From Candidatus Latescibacterota bacterium (GTDB lineage Bacteria > Latescibacterota > UBA2968 > GCA-2709665): 64,000 bases of DNA. Positions 47,455-57,600 of the stretch are shown here, one piece after another (within the stretch, counting starts at the first letter, position 1; every line of letters starts with the position of its first letter). The notes below the pieces were generated by a model. That model was not told the DNA's origin, made no database searches, and saw nothing but the letters and a program-made list of their open reading frames with translations. The stretch is from contig OZ242358.1 of assembly GCA_965208835.1 (NCBI GenBank), positions 928,001 through 992,000 of the forward strand, given 5' to 3'. The translations under genes were made by a program, and so were the position numbers.

Positions 47455-48486
47455 TTACCCGTGGTGCAATGACGCTGTCGTCTCCACTCGTTCGAGACCA
47501 TCTTTCTCCTTCGGCGTCCTGAACCGGATCGTGCGTGACCCCAGAAGGAGCAGAAGCAGGCCGAACAGCATCCAGAAGATCTTCCGGATCCGCCGGACGA
47601 TGCCCACGGCCAGTCCGGTCCCCGGTTCCAGTCCCATCAGATGGAAGAGAAACACGTGTCCGCCTTCGAAGACCCCCATGCCGTAGGGGACAAATCCGAA
47701 AACCACATTGATCACCATCATCAGCGAGTGGAACAGGTAAACCGAAACCAGCGGCATCGGCTCGCCCAGGACATGCAGGATCACGTAGATCTCCAGCGTT
47801 CCGAGGCCCCATGTCATCAGGTGCATCCCCAGCAGGCCCGCCAGACGCCACCCGTTCAGCCGGTAGAACGCAGCCAGATTCCGATCGATTTCCCCCACCC
47901 GGTCGCGGTAGCGCGCCACAAACGTGATCCGCATTCTAACCAGCAGGTTCACAAGCCCCGTGAAGGGATTGCGTCGCTGTCTCACGACGGCCAGGACGAC
48001 GCCGACGATCGCGATTGTCAGTGCGGCAAATAGCGCCCAACGGATTTCCTCCGGAAATACGTAGCGGTGAAGGCCCGCCAGAACGCCGCCCAGAACGAAG
48101 AGAACACCGCTGACCATCTCGCCCGTCTTGGTGAGCACGAGAGACGACACCCCGGCGGTCACGCCCATTCTCTCACGCAGCATCATGACCTTGGCGACTT
48201 CCTTGCTGATCTGCGATGCCGGCATCACGTTGCCCAGGGCTTCGCCGACCAGTTTCACCCAGAGCAACGGTCTCATTCGAGGCCTTTCGGTCCCGCTGTT
48301 AAAACTCTCTCTCCAGGCGCAGACGTTGTTAATATAGGCCGCCAGGGTAATTCCAATAATTGGGACATAACCCCAGCCCATCATCACCACGTGCTGCCAC
48401 ACCGCCGGTTCACCGAGCTGGTGAAGCAGCACGCCGAGGCATGCCAGGCCCAGCAGCCAGAGCAGTATATAGGCTTCCTGTTTCAT
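47455..48486 (-). CDS. Lysylphosphatidylglycerol synthase TM/flippase-like (UPF0104) membrane protein
   Basis: Multi-pass TM; GEALGNVMPA...EVAK; VPYGMGVFEG; IVRRIR. ATG 48486 follows GAGGAG. Confidence 0.85.
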   Translation of the reverse strand: MKQEAYILLWLLGLACLGVLLHQLGEPAVWQHVVMMGWGYVPIIGITLAAYINNVCAWRESFNSGTERPRMRPLLWVKLVGEALGNVMPASQISKEVAKVMMLRERMGVTAGVSSLVLTKTGEMVSGVLFVLGGVLAGLHRYVFPEEIRWALFAALTIAIVGVVLAVVRQRRNPFTGLVNLLVRMRITFVARYRDRVGEIDRNLAAFYRLNGWRLAGLLGMHLMTWGLGTLEIYVILHVLGEPMPLVSVYLFHSLMMVINVVFGFVPYGMGVFEGGHVFLFHLMGLEPGTGLAVGIVRRIRKIFWMLFGLLLLLLGSRTIRFRTPKEKDGLERVETTASLHHG

Positions 48487-48511
48487 CGCGTACTCCTCGG
48501 ATACCGATCCG

Positions 48512-49159
48512 TTAGATGACAACCCTCTTTGCCGCCGTGATCACCGGAATTCCCCGTATCGCGCAAAGGGCGACGGTCAGGTAGGTGGCCGCGAGCGCGA
48601 CCGTCTCCACTCCCGATTCCAGCCCGGGCGCCAGGCTGGACGAGTGTTGTGCCGCGTTCAGGATAAACAACGCGACAAACGCGATGACCTTCGCAACGCC
48701 GTACGTCGCCCTGCTTGTGCGGGAGGCGACCAGGCCGTGACCGATGCGCGACCGCATCATCGTAGTCTCTCCAAATGCGGTCTGGCCCTGCGAGAGCGCG
48801 CAACTCCGAATGGCGTCCGTCACGAATCCCCTGCTGAGTACGACCAGGGGCACCCAGAGGGGGACCAGATGCAGCCACGCGAACACCACCCACCACACGT
48901 TCTCCGCAATCCGGTCCCCCACGATGTCGAGCAGGCCGCCCACATTGCTTTCGCATCCCAGCCGGCGCGCGGCGTACCCATCCAACCAGTCCATCAACAG
49001 AGCCCCGAACGCCAGGGGAACCGCAATCCAGGCGAGCACGGTATCTCCGGTGACCGCAAAGGCCGCCGCCAGAAACAGGCAGACGACCCGGAAGACGGTA
49101 ATCAGGTTTGCAACATGGCGTTGAAGGGTGGCTGCGAACGTCGATGTTTGTGTTGACAT
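48512..49159 (-). CDS. CDP-alcohol phosphatidyltransferase family protein
   Basis: ANLITVFR; DWLDGYAARRLGCESNVGGLLDIVGD signature; AGGAGGAGG RBS. Confidence 0.92.
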   Translation of the reverse strand: MSTQTSTFAATLQRHVANLITVFRVVCLFLAAAFAVTGDTVLAWIAVPLAFGALLMDWLDGYAARRLGCESNVGGLLDIVGDRIAENVWWVVFAWLHLVPLWVPLVVLSRGFVTDAIRSCALSQGQTAFGETTMMRSRIGHGLVASRTSRATYGVAKVIAFVALFILNAAQHSSSLAPGLESGVETVALAATYLTVALCAIRGIPVITAAKRVVI

Positions 49160-49188
49160 CACCTCCTCCTTTCCTGCAGCACACTCTC

Positions 49189-49204
49189 CGCAAACCCCGT
49201 GCCA
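49189..49204 (-). promoter_or_regulatory. Sigma54 promoter of the lipid-modification pair
   Basis: TGGCACGGGGTTTGCG; candidate UAS TGCACCTGCAA...TTGCATGCA at about 49283-49310; activator gene adjacent. Confidence 0.8.
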
Positions 49205-49371
49205 CAACCAATTGGGCCCAACAACGAGCCGATATCAGGGAAATCCGACTCCAAAAACGGATGACAGGTGCCATCCGAAACTTGCACCTGCAATACGCGG
49301 GTTGCATGCAAAACGCCGCTGGAAGAAAAAAACCGGAGACACGAGATGTGTCTCCGGACGGAGATCGCCAA

Positions 49372-49530
49372 AAGGCGGTGAGACGGTAGAAAAAATGCGG
49401 GTAGAGGGAAGAGGGTAGACGGGAGAAGAAGCCCTTGCCGGTTTGTTCCTCCGACTTGCCTGCGGCAAAAAAGAATTCCTTTACGGCATCCGATCTCTCC
49501 CCTCTCCCGTCTCACGTCTTCCCGGTTTTT
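49372..49530. repeat. Heptamer-armed inverted-repeat element (copy 1)
   Basis: Left arm of AGACGGT/AGAGGGT heptamers, right arm of TCTCCCG/TCTCACG heptamers; homologous to 53165-53302. Confidence 0.65.
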
Positions 49531-49603
49531 CAAGGAACGCGCCGTAGGCAGGGAATTTGGGGAGAGGTGGATTTTGAATCTGGTTTCCGCTTGTTGCTGA
49601 GAG

Positions 49604-51001
49604 CTATCTGTATATCTCTGGATCGATCCCGAGTTCCCTGACTTTCTGCTGCAGCGCCTGGCGTTTCATGCCGATTGCCGGCGCGGTTCGACTCATATTG
49701 CCCTTGTGGTGTTCCAGCGCCGACCGGATGAAAGCGGCTTCGAAGGCCTGCACGGACTCCTGTTTTGCGACCTGAAACAATACGCCTTTGCGCCAGCCGG
49801 TGGCTCCGGCGCCCCGGGATTCCGCACCGTCCGCCCGGATTTCCTCTGGAAGCAGGTCTCCGCTCAGCACCGAACCTTCGGCGAAGATGACCGCACGCTC
49901 GACGGCGTGCATCAGTTCGCGAATATTGCCGGGCCAGGCGTAGGCCGCCAGATTTTTCATCGTATCGACCGGAACCTCCGTAACGGCTTTCCCGTGCGTT
50001 CGATTGCAGGAATCCAGATAGTGCCGGACAAGCAGGGGGATATCCTCGCGGCGGTCGCGCAGCGGGGGGAGGAAGATATCCACCACTTTCAGGCGGTAGT
50101 AAAGGTCCTCCCGGAATCTCCCCCGCGAGATCTCGTCGGGAAGGTCCCGATTGGTGGCGCTGATCATCCGTACGTCCACCGCCACCGTTTCCGAGCCGCC
50201 AAGCCGTTCGAATCTCTGCTCCTGGAGCACGCGCAACAGCTTCGCCTGGGTTTCGAGATGCATGTCCCCGATTTCATCCAGAAAGAGCGTTCCGCCGTCC
50301 GCGAGCTCGAATTTGCCCTGCCGCCTTGACGCAGCGCCGGTAAATGCGCCTTTCTCATGTCCGAACAGTTCGCTTTCGATCAACTCGGTGGGCAGAGCTG
50401 CGGCATTCACCGCGACAAACGGGCGGTCTTTTCGCCCGCCCTGTTCGTGAATCGCCCGCGCCACGAGTTCTTTGCCCGTCCCGCTTTCGCCGTTAATCAG
50501 CACGGCGGCGTCGGTCCCGGCCACCTTGCCGATCATGTCGCAGACACGATCCATGGCGAGGCTGCGGCCAATCAACGATCCGAAACCGGAGTGTCGACGG
50601 ATCTCGTCGCGAAGCGTTTCATTCTCCCGCCGCAAACGAACGGTCTCGAGCACATTCTGCACGAGGCATCGAAGTTCATCCACGTCGTAAGGCTTGCTCA
50701 CGTAGTCGTACGCGCCTGCCTTCATCGCATCCACGGCAATGCGCTCCGATCCGTACGCCGTCATCATGATGACCGGCGGCGGGTTTCCCTGTTCGGCCAA
50801 CTGCTTCACCAGCGTCAGGCCATCCACTCTGGGCATCTGGATATCGCAGATCACCAGATCCGGACCGCCGCGCGCGATTTCCTCAAGCGCTGCCGTTCCG
50901 TCTTCCGCTTCGACAACCTCGCATGACAGCGCCGCGAGCGCCCGCTTCAGACCTAGCCTCGCGGCCGGTTCATCGTCAACAACCAGAATCTTATGCCGCA
51001 T
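49604..51001 (-). CDS. Sigma54-dependent response regulator (NtrC/AtoC family)
   Basis: ILVVDDE...DIQMP...SKPY; GESGTGKE; GAFTGA; C-terminal HTH. ATG 51001 overlaps the end of the kinase gene. Confidence 0.95.
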   Translation of the reverse strand: MRHKILVVDDEPAARLGLKRALAALSCEVVEAEDGTAALEEIARGGPDLVICDIQMPRVDGLTLVKQLAEQGNPPPVIMMTAYGSERIAVDAMKAGAYDYVSKPYDVDELRCLVQNVLETVRLRRENETLRDEIRRHSGFGSLIGRSLAMDRVCDMIGKVAGTDAAVLINGESGTGKELVARAIHEQGGRKDRPFVAVNAAALPTELIESELFGHEKGAFTGAASRRQGKFELADGGTLFLDEIGDMHLETQAKLLRVLQEQRFERLGGSETVAVDVRMISATNRDLPDEISRGRFREDLYYRLKVVDIFLPPLRDRREDIPLLVRHYLDSCNRTHGKAVTEVPVDTMKNLAAYAWPGNIRELMHAVERAVIFAEGSVLSGDLLPEEIRADGAESRGAGATGWRKGVLFQVAKQESVQAFEAAFIRSALEHHKGNMSRTAPAIGMKRQALQQKVRELGIDPEIYR

Positions 51002-53114
51002 CGTCCACTCCAGGAATTTGAACCTCGAACACCGCCCCGGCCTGCTCTCCATTCACAACTGTAATCAACCCTCCCATGCGTTCCACGTCCCGTTTGACGG
51101 TAGCAAGCCCCAGGCCCGTCCCCGAAGCCTTTGTGGTATAGAACGGTTCAAAGACGTGCGAGAGTGCTTCCCGTGAAATCCCCGGGCCGGTATCCGAAAC
51201 CCACACCGAGACGCTCCCGTTCGAGCGCCCCGCCCTCACCGTAAGCCGCCGGTCCGCCGTCTGTTCCGAGTCATCCATCGCCTGGATTCCGTTCAGGATC
51301 AGATTGAAAAACACCTCTTTCAAATCTTCAGGATCTCCGGAAACCACCAGGCCGCCGACAACCTCGGACCGTATTTGCACATTACGCCGTTCCGCCTCGT
51401 GCGAAAGGATCAGGACGACGTCGTCGAGTACAACCTTGATGTCCACGGGCTCGAGTGTATCCCCGTGTTTCGGCTGTGCAAACCTGAGGAGCCGGTCCAC
51501 CACGCGGCCCAGCCGGTCGATTTCGTTCAACACGACTGTCAGATCGCCGGCCTTGTCCGGGTCGTTCTCCAGGTCTTCCCGAAGTACGGTGGTAATTGCC
51601 TTCATCGAGCTCAATGGGTTCTTCACCTCGTGAGCGATGCTCGCCGAAAGCAGTCCCAGCGCCGAGAGCCGCTCCGCCTCGTACATGCGCCGTTCCAGCT
51701 GCAGCCGCCGCTCCACGAGGCGTGTATTCTCCACCGCAAGCGCAACCTGATTGCACAGGGTGCCGAGCAGTTCCCATTCCTCCGATGAATACGGCACACT
51801 GCGTTTTTTCTCTCCGAGGCAGAGGAACCCGGCGAGCTTTTCCTCCTGCAACACGGGTATGCACAGACGGACGCCCTGTCCCTCGAGTACCGCGGCGAGC
51901 ACGGGACGATGCAACTCGCCCACGTCCAGTGCCCGCCGATGGACCAACATCCAATCCGCAACCTGCCGAACCTGCTCATGTTTCCCTTTACTTCGACTGA
52001 ACGGCGCCGCTGGCGGATCGAACCCGGTCAGTCCGCTTCCCGAGATTACCTTCACGTCATCGACGTGCCCGTCCTCGCTGTCGAACAACACCAGTGAAAC
52101 GACGTGCACCTTGAGCACGGTACCCACGGCGTCCACAACTGCCTTCAACCGGCTCTCCAGCGCATCCGGCACGTTCAGCGTCTGGCTCAGCGTCCTCAGT
52201 AGATGCTGGTACTGGTACCGTGCTTTAAAGAACAGCCGGTTGATTGCCCCCTGCAATCGATTCTTGACCGGCTGAAAGAGAAAGATCAGCAGCGAGATCA
52301 GCACCGCTTCAACGACTTCCACCCGGAACCCGCCGCCCAGGCGCCCGAGCTCTTCGGCGACGCGCCGGATCACAAGCAGATAGACGGTGAGGACGATACC
52401 GGTCAGCGCGGAATAGAGCAACGCGGGATTCACCACGATCCGGAAAAAGCTGTACCGATAGATGTAGTAGCCCAGAATGTAGGCCGGCGCGATGGGCGAC
52501 AGAAACAGCACCAGGTCGAGCGCCGGTCCGGCGAGAGGCAGGTTGATTCCCCCCAGGGGATATGCGATGCATGCCAGAATGGCGATACCGGTCAGCGCGA
52601 CCGCCGTGAGCCGGTAGAAGGACCGCTGAACTTCCGTAGTCAATTGCCTGGCAAAACTGCGGCATAGCAAGGCCGCGCACAGAAGCGCGGCAATGGCGTA
52701 TACGCTGAAGGCCACTCGCTTCAGCGGTACTTCCCACAGTCCTATTGCGAATACGATCAAGCCGGGGACGACCGCGACCGGGACGAGATTGCGCCGAAGA
52801 CCATCAACGATCCGGTTCTTTTGTTCATCCGCTGAAATCAGGACCGTCGCCAGCAAGGCTGAGGGTAGGAAGCACGTTCCGAAGCGTGCGACCTGGGACG
52901 CATAGGCCGCCGCGAGAGCGCCCGGCGCCGCCTGTTCTATCAGGATCCGCACCGCATCGCCCGTATACCACAGGGCACCCGCAAAAATCAACAGCAGCAG
53001 CGGAACCGGCGTGCCCCTGCGCTTGATGGCGGATACGAAGATACCCCAGAGCAGCCCGGCGGCGATGGCTCCGCCGACCAGCCAGATCGTGTCATATAGG
53101 GAGAGATTGATCAT
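50991..53114 (-). CDS. Multi-TM GAF sensor histidine kinase (PrsK-like architecture)
   Basis: About 9 hydrophobic segments; GAF (LGEKK...YSSEE); IAHEVKNPL; NLILNG; DTGPG; GTGLGL. Start codon uncertain. Confidence 0.9.
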   Translation of the reverse strand: MINLSLYDTIWLVGGAIAAGLLWGIFVSAIKRRGTPVPLLLLIFAGALWYTGDAVRILIEQAAPGALAAAYASQVARFGTCFLPSALLATVLISADEQKNRIVDGLRRNLVPVAVVPGLIVFAIGLWEVPLKRVAFSVYAIAALLCAALLCRSFARQLTTEVQRSFYRLTAVALTGIAILACIAYPLGGINLPLAGPALDLVLFLSPIAPAYILGYYIYRYSFFRIVVNPALLYSALTGIVLTVYLLVIRRVAEELGRLGGGFRVEVVEAVLISLLIFLFQPVKNRLQGAINRLFFKARYQYQHLLRTLSQTLNVPDALESRLKAVVDAVGTVLKVHVVSLVLFDSEDGHVDDVKVISGSGLTGFDPPAAPFSRSKGKHEQVRQVADWMLVHRRALDVGELHRPVLAAVLEGQGVRLCIPVLQEEKLAGFLCLGEKKRSVPYSSEEWELLGTLCNQVALAVENTRLVERRLQLERRMYEAERLSALGLLSASIAHEVKNPLSSMKAITTVLREDLENDPDKAGDLTVVLNEIDRLGRVVDRLLRFAQPKHGDTLEPVDIKVVLDDVVLILSHEAERRNVQIRSEVVGGLVVSGDPEDLKEVFFNLILNGIQAMDDSEQTADRRLTVRAGRSNGSVSVWVSDTGPGISREALSHVFEPFYTTKASGTGLGLATVKRDVERMGGLITVVNGEQAGAVFEVQIPGVDDAA

Positions 53115-53164
53115 TGTTGGAATTGCAAGCAACTCGGCGAGGGGCCCGGGTGAGAGGCCGCCAT

Positions 53165-53302
53165 AAAGCGGTTAGACGGTAGAGGGTAGACGGTAGAAGA
53201 AATCCTCGCCCGTTATGTAATTCCCTCTTGCCTCCGGCACGAGCAGAGACCTCACAAGGCAAGCTATCTCTCCCATCTATCGTCTCCCGTCTCCCCGCTT
53301 TT
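53165..53302. repeat. Heptamer-armed inverted-repeat element (copy 2)
   Basis: AAAGCGGTTAGACGGTAGAGGGTAGACGGTAGA...TCTATCGTCTCCCGTCTCCCCGCTTTT. Confidence 0.65.
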
Positions 53303-53407
53303 ATGGAAATTAGCCAAATCCCCCGTTGATTTCAACTCAATCCGTCGGCAGCCAACGCGTCCGGTCTGCCGGACAGGCGCCCGCAAACCCGGGAAGTTGC
53401 GGGGGAA

Positions 53408-54211
53408 TCAACTCCCGGTCGACCGGTAGTGGCGGACTCCAAAGCTCCAGACGCGCAGGGCGACGAGCAGGAAGGCCAACCCCGCCATAGGGGACATCCA
53501 CTGCATCCATGTGGTGGACCCAAGGGGATCGGCACGGCCCAGTATTGCGAGGGCGGGAAAGTAGGAGATCCCGGCCAGAGGAACGACGTAGGTGAAGAAG
53601 CGACGGAACCACACGGGGTAGATCACCAAGGGGTACTGGGCGGTCTCCGTGCCGCCGTTGGTAAGGACGTTGGCGATTTCCAGGCCTTCCGTGGTCCAGA
53701 AGGCGAGCGTGGCCTGCAGGATGAACAGGCCCACGAAGAGGCCGACGCCGCCAAGAATTGTGCCCGCTGCGAGGGCGACCGTGGCGGCAGACCAGGTTAC
53801 CTCCAGCGCGTACTGCGCCCAGAGGAACACGGCAAAACCCTGGAGGAACCGTCCTATACGCAGGAGGTGGAGCTCCTGGCCGGCCAGTTGCAGTACGGTA
53901 CTCCGAGGGCGCAGCAACAGCCGGTCGAAATCACCGCTTCTCACCCACCTCCCAAAAGTGTCGAAACCCCGGGCTGTACTTTCGGCAAGGGCGAAGGCAA
54001 TATTGACTATGCCGTAGAGCAGAGCCACTTCGGGAAGGGTCCAGCCCCGGATGCTTCCGAAATGATCGAACAGCACCCAGAGCGCGGCGAAATCCAGACC
54101 GGTCATCAGAAAGTACCCTGCGGCCAGCATCACGAACGAGGCCTGGTATTGCATCTGGCCACGAACGGAGACCGTGATGTAGTGCAAATACAGTCGGAGG
54201 GCATTGCGCAT
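53408..54211 (-). CDS. ABC-2 type exporter permease (DUF990-like)
   Basis: GWTLPEVALLYG; VRSGDFDRLLLRP; YPLVIYP; YRSTGS C-terminus. Confidence 0.9.
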   Translation of the reverse strand: MRNALRLYLHYITVSVRGQMQYQASFVMLAAGYFLMTGLDFAALWVLFDHFGSIRGWTLPEVALLYGIVNIAFALAESTARGFDTFGRWVRSGDFDRLLLRPRSTVLQLAGQELHLLRIGRFLQGFAVFLWAQYALEVTWSAATVALAAGTILGGVGLFVGLFILQATLAFWTTEGLEIANVLTNGGTETAQYPLVIYPVWFRRFFTYVVPLAGISYFPALAILGRADPLGSTTWMQWMSPMAGLAFLLVALRVWSFGVRHYRSTGS

Positions 54212-54215
54212 CGCA

Positions 54216-55007
54216 TTATCCTCCCTGGATGACGAGCCGTCGTGTACCCCGGGCGAGCAGTAGGCGTCCCAGCGTGATCAGAACCAGAGTCCAGGCTATC
54301 TGGTGTACAAAAACCGGAACGATATCCGACGGAGAAATGTGACCCATATAGAGGCGGAATGGGACATCGACAAGGCCGCGGAACGGCAGTATGTTCAGGA
54401 CCGTCTGCGCCCAGTCCGGAAAAAACGGGAGTGGGACGTACATGCCGGAGAAGATCGCGACTGCGGCTACCATCAGCGTGGAGATGCCTTGTCCCGAGAT
54501 GGTCCAGAGCAAGGAGATGTTGAGCAGGTTTGCTATCGAGGCACCGAGCACAAGAGCCCCGAGAGTTGATAGGGCCCATGCGCCGGCAGATGACCATGAG
54601 GCCGGAGGCTGAAGGCCGAAGAAAAGCCCGGCGATGACGAACATCGGAACTGCCCGCAGCAGCGTCGGGGCGGTTCGCCTGGCAAGGTCCCGACAGAACC
54701 AGAAGGCGTACAGGTCCAGGGGCCGGACGAGTTCGTAGGCCACCTCGCCCGACCGGATCATCTCCCTCATTTCCCGGTCGATAATCCAGGGCAGCATGCC
54801 CAGAAGCGCCTGGCCGAGCCAGACGTAGGTGATTACCTCGGTCAGGCTCATCGGCTGCTGGGCCGTGGTGGAGTTGTAGAATGCTGCAAAGAACATCATG
54901 CGGATCAGGCCCCAGAATACCTGGGTGCCCAGTCCCGCAAGGGCCGCCACCCGGTATTGCAGCATCATCCGGAAACGGGCGCCGATCACGGCGGTGTAGG
55001 CTTTCAC
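54216..55007 (-). CDS. ABC-2 type exporter permease
   Basis: GTG start overlapping the ATPase stop; MLQYR; IRSGEVAYELVRP; VIQGG end. Confidence 0.9.
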   Translation of the reverse strand: MKAYTAVIGARFRMMLQYRVAALAGLGTQVFWGLIRMMFFAAFYNSTTAQQPMSLTEVITYVWLGQALLGMLPWIIDREMREMIRSGEVAYELVRPLDLYAFWFCRDLARRTAPTLLRAVPMFVIAGLFFGLQPPASWSSAGAWALSTLGALVLGASIANLLNISLLWTISGQGISTLMVAAVAIFSGMYVPLPFFPDWAQTVLNILPFRGLVDVPFRLYMGHISPSDIVPVFVHQIAWTLVLITLGRLLLARGTRRLVIQGG

Positions 55008-55987
55008 ACCTTCTCCTTTTCGTACATGCGGGCGATGATTTCTTCGATGGGCGGGCTTTCGACGTAGAGATCCCGGACAGGGTGCCGGGCCACGATACGA
55101 CCGATGAGAGTTGCCGCAGATACCTGCTCCGGATCGAAGCTGAGGTGAATCCGGTGTCCAACCCGACTGATAACTTCGGCGTCCGGGTCGTGGACGGTTT
55201 CGGTACCGTCGACGAGGTCCAAGGTGAGCCGCCGTTCCCGGGTGACGCGTTCCGTCATGTCCTTGAGTGTACCGTCGGAGAGGATCCGTCCCTGGCCGAT
55301 GACCATGACGCGCGTACAAAGGGCTTCGATATCGTCCATGTCGTGCGTTGTGAGGATGACGGTAACGCCGCGTTCCCTGTTGAGGCGTTTGACGAAGTCC
55401 CGGACGCCTAGTTTGGAGACGGCGTCCAGACCGATGGTGGGCTCGTCCAGGAAGAGGAGCGGCGGCGAATGGAGCAGGGCCGCGGCCAGGTCGCAGCGCA
55501 TGCGCTGGCCCAGCGAAAGCTGACGAACGGGGACGTCAATCAGCGAGTCCAGGTTTAGCAGTGCTACGAGTTCGTCACGCGTGCGGTTGTACTCTGACTG
55601 CGGGACCCGGTAGATGTCGCGGAGCAGATCGAGAGATTCGATGACAGGCAGGTCCCACCACAGTTGGGTGCGCTGTCCGAAGACGACGCCGATCTCGCGA
55701 ACGTGGGCGATGCGTTCCTTCCATGGTACCCGTCCCAGGATCTCGCAGCGGCCCGAATCGGGCACCAGGATGCCCGAAAGGACCTTGACAGTAGTGGACT
55801 TGCCCGCGCCGTTCGGGCCGATGTAACCGACGAGTTCACCCGGCTGAATGGCAAACGAGATTTCGCCCAGTGCGGTTACCGAGCGATGGCGGCGGTGGAT
55901 TACGCTCCGGACCGCCCCCCATGTACCAGGTTTGCGTTCGGCGATGTGGAAGGTCTTCACGAGGTTTTCAGCGATTATCTGGTGCAT
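55004..55987 (-). CDS. ABC exporter ATP-binding protein (DrrA/NatA-like)
   Basis: GPNGAGKST, LSLGQ, LFLDEPT, TTHDM; ATG 55987 follows GGAGGAG. Confidence 0.93.
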   Translation of the reverse strand: MHQIIAENLVKTFHIAERKPGTWGAVRSVIHRRHRSVTALGEISFAIQPGELVGYIGPNGAGKSTTVKVLSGILVPDSGRCEILGRVPWKERIAHVREIGVVFGQRTQLWWDLPVIESLDLLRDIYRVPQSEYNRTRDELVALLNLDSLIDVPVRQLSLGQRMRCDLAAALLHSPPLLFLDEPTIGLDAVSKLGVRDFVKRLNRERGVTVILTTHDMDDIEALCTRVMVIGQGRILSDGTLKDMTERVTRERRLTLDLVDGTETVHDPDAEVISRVGHRIHLSFDPEQVSAATLIGRIVARHPVRDLYVESPPIEEIIARMYEKEKV

Positions 55988-56036
55988 TGTCCATCTCCTC
56001 CGTGGCCGGCGGACGGGGCAGGCGCCGAAGACAAAC

Positions 56037-56071
56037 AAAAAACCCGTTATCGAGATAACCTCGACAACGGG
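56037..56071 (-). terminator. Intrinsic terminator in the 5' leader of the ABC operon (attenuator candidate)
   Basis: CCCGTTGTCGAG-GTTAT-CTCGATAACGGG-TTTTTT on the minus strand, 50 bp before the ATG. Confidence 0.7.
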
Positions 56072-56592
56072 CATTAGCGGACAACCGGGCCTGACCTTGG
56101 AAAGGCCGCCGTATGTTCAGCCTCCAGGGCACTTCGGTTTTTTCCTGGAGGCACAGGTTGACAATTTCATGTTAAGTATTTTCAAGGACTTATAGGTGAA
56201 CTCACTTATGTTTCGGAAATCTGATCAAGTCGATTGGGAACACTTGGGAAATATACCACATCTCGAAATCGGGGTCAAGACCAATCCTGTCCTGAAGTAG
56301 GAAGCCCTTACGACCTCCCGATCGTCAGATACCCATCCGAAGTGGTCCGCGAACCCACGTCGAGACCTGTCTGCGAGCGATGTACGGATGCGGTCGCGGC
56401 CACCCGAAATTCGCTCTAAATGCCGATACAGAAAACACTTGCGCGCATAATTCAGGCGTGTTATTTTTGTCGGCAACTAGATTAATAGAGTCTGTCGGAG
56501 GCTTTACGGAGCCGTCGCCATTTCGCCCGTTTCCAGTCCTGAAAAACAAAAAAGAGAACGACAGTGAAAGCCCGTCGTTGAATGGATATACG

Positions 56593-57600
56593 ATGAACTA
56601 CCATGCGTACATCACCGTTTCCAGCGAAGACAGGATTCTGAAGTGCCGGATGGATCCTGATACTGGAGACCTCGACTTCGAATACAGCATCCACGCAGAA
56701 GGCGGGCCGGGACCGCTTGCCGTCGACCCACGTCAGAAGTTCCTGTATCTGAGCAGACGCGGAGCGCGCGAGATCTCAGCTTACTCGCTCGATGCAGGCA
56801 CAGGCGGCGTTACCCTGCTGGGCTCGGTTTCCGTGGATGCCGACGCGTGTTATCTGAGTGTGGATCGAAAGGGACGCTTTCTGCTCTCCGCTTCCTATGG
56901 CGGAGGGATGGCGTATGTACACGCCATCCGACAAGACGGGACATTGAGCGAATCGCCCGTCGACTCGACCGTTACGTTGCCGAAAGCCCATTTCATTCTG
57001 ACGGACCCGTCGAACAGTCTTGCATTTTTGCCGCACGTGGGAGAATCCAACACCATTATAGGATTCCGTTTCGACGAGGATGCGGGCACGCTCCGTGAGG
57101 TCTCACGGACGTCCCACGAACCCGATGTGGGTCCCCGGCACCTGGCGTTCCATCCCGATCTGGATGTGGTTTATGCATCCAATGAACAGGGCAGCAGCGT
57201 AACCGCATATTCACTAGACGCCTCATCAGGGGTACTTGAACCTGTGCAGACACTGTCCACCCTGCCTGAAGGCTTCGGCGGTGAAAACACATGCGCGCAG
57301 ATCCACATCCACCCGTCGGGCAGCTTTCTTTATGTTTCCAACCGGGGCCACGACAGCATTGCGTGTTTTGCGGTTGACGGGACGGGCCGTCTCACGGGTA
57401 TCGGCATTCAGCGCACGGAACCGGTGCCCAGAGCATTCGGGATCGACCCCACGGGTAATTTTCTCTATGCGGGCGGCCAGGAGTCCGGCAGACTGGCATC
57501 ATACCGGATTGATGAACACAGCGGCCGGTTGTGTCCGCTAAGGACTTATTCCGTGGGTAAACAGTCCATGTGGGTCCTTATTCTGGCACTGCGGGCTTGA
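56593..57600 (+). CDS. pgl: 6-phosphogluconolactonase / lactonase-family beta-propeller
   Basis: GPRHLAFHP, YASNE, QTLSTLP, LYVSNRGHDSIA, PRAF. ATG 56593 chosen (track starts at 56380). Confidence 0.85.
   Translation: MNYHAYITVSSEDRILKCRMDPDTGDLDFEYSIHAEGGPGPLAVDPRQKFLYLSRRGAREISAYSLDAGTGGVTLLGSVSVDADACYLSVDRKGRFLLSASYGGGMAYVHAIRQDGTLSESPVDSTVTLPKAHFILTDPSNSLAFLPHVGESNTIIGFRFDEDAGTLREVSRTSHEPDVGPRHLAFHPDLDVVYASNEQGSSVTAYSLDASSGVLEPVQTLSTLPEGFGGENTCAQIHIHPSGSFLYVSNRGHDSIACFAVDGTGRLTGIGIQRTEPVPRAFGIDPTGNFLYAGGQESGRLASYRIDEHSGRLCPLRTYSVGKQSMWVLILALRA

Noticed and set aside
1-53302. Island as an integrative mobile element
   Set aside because: No integrase, transposase, tRNA or att-like boundary was recognised; only non-autonomous repeats are present.
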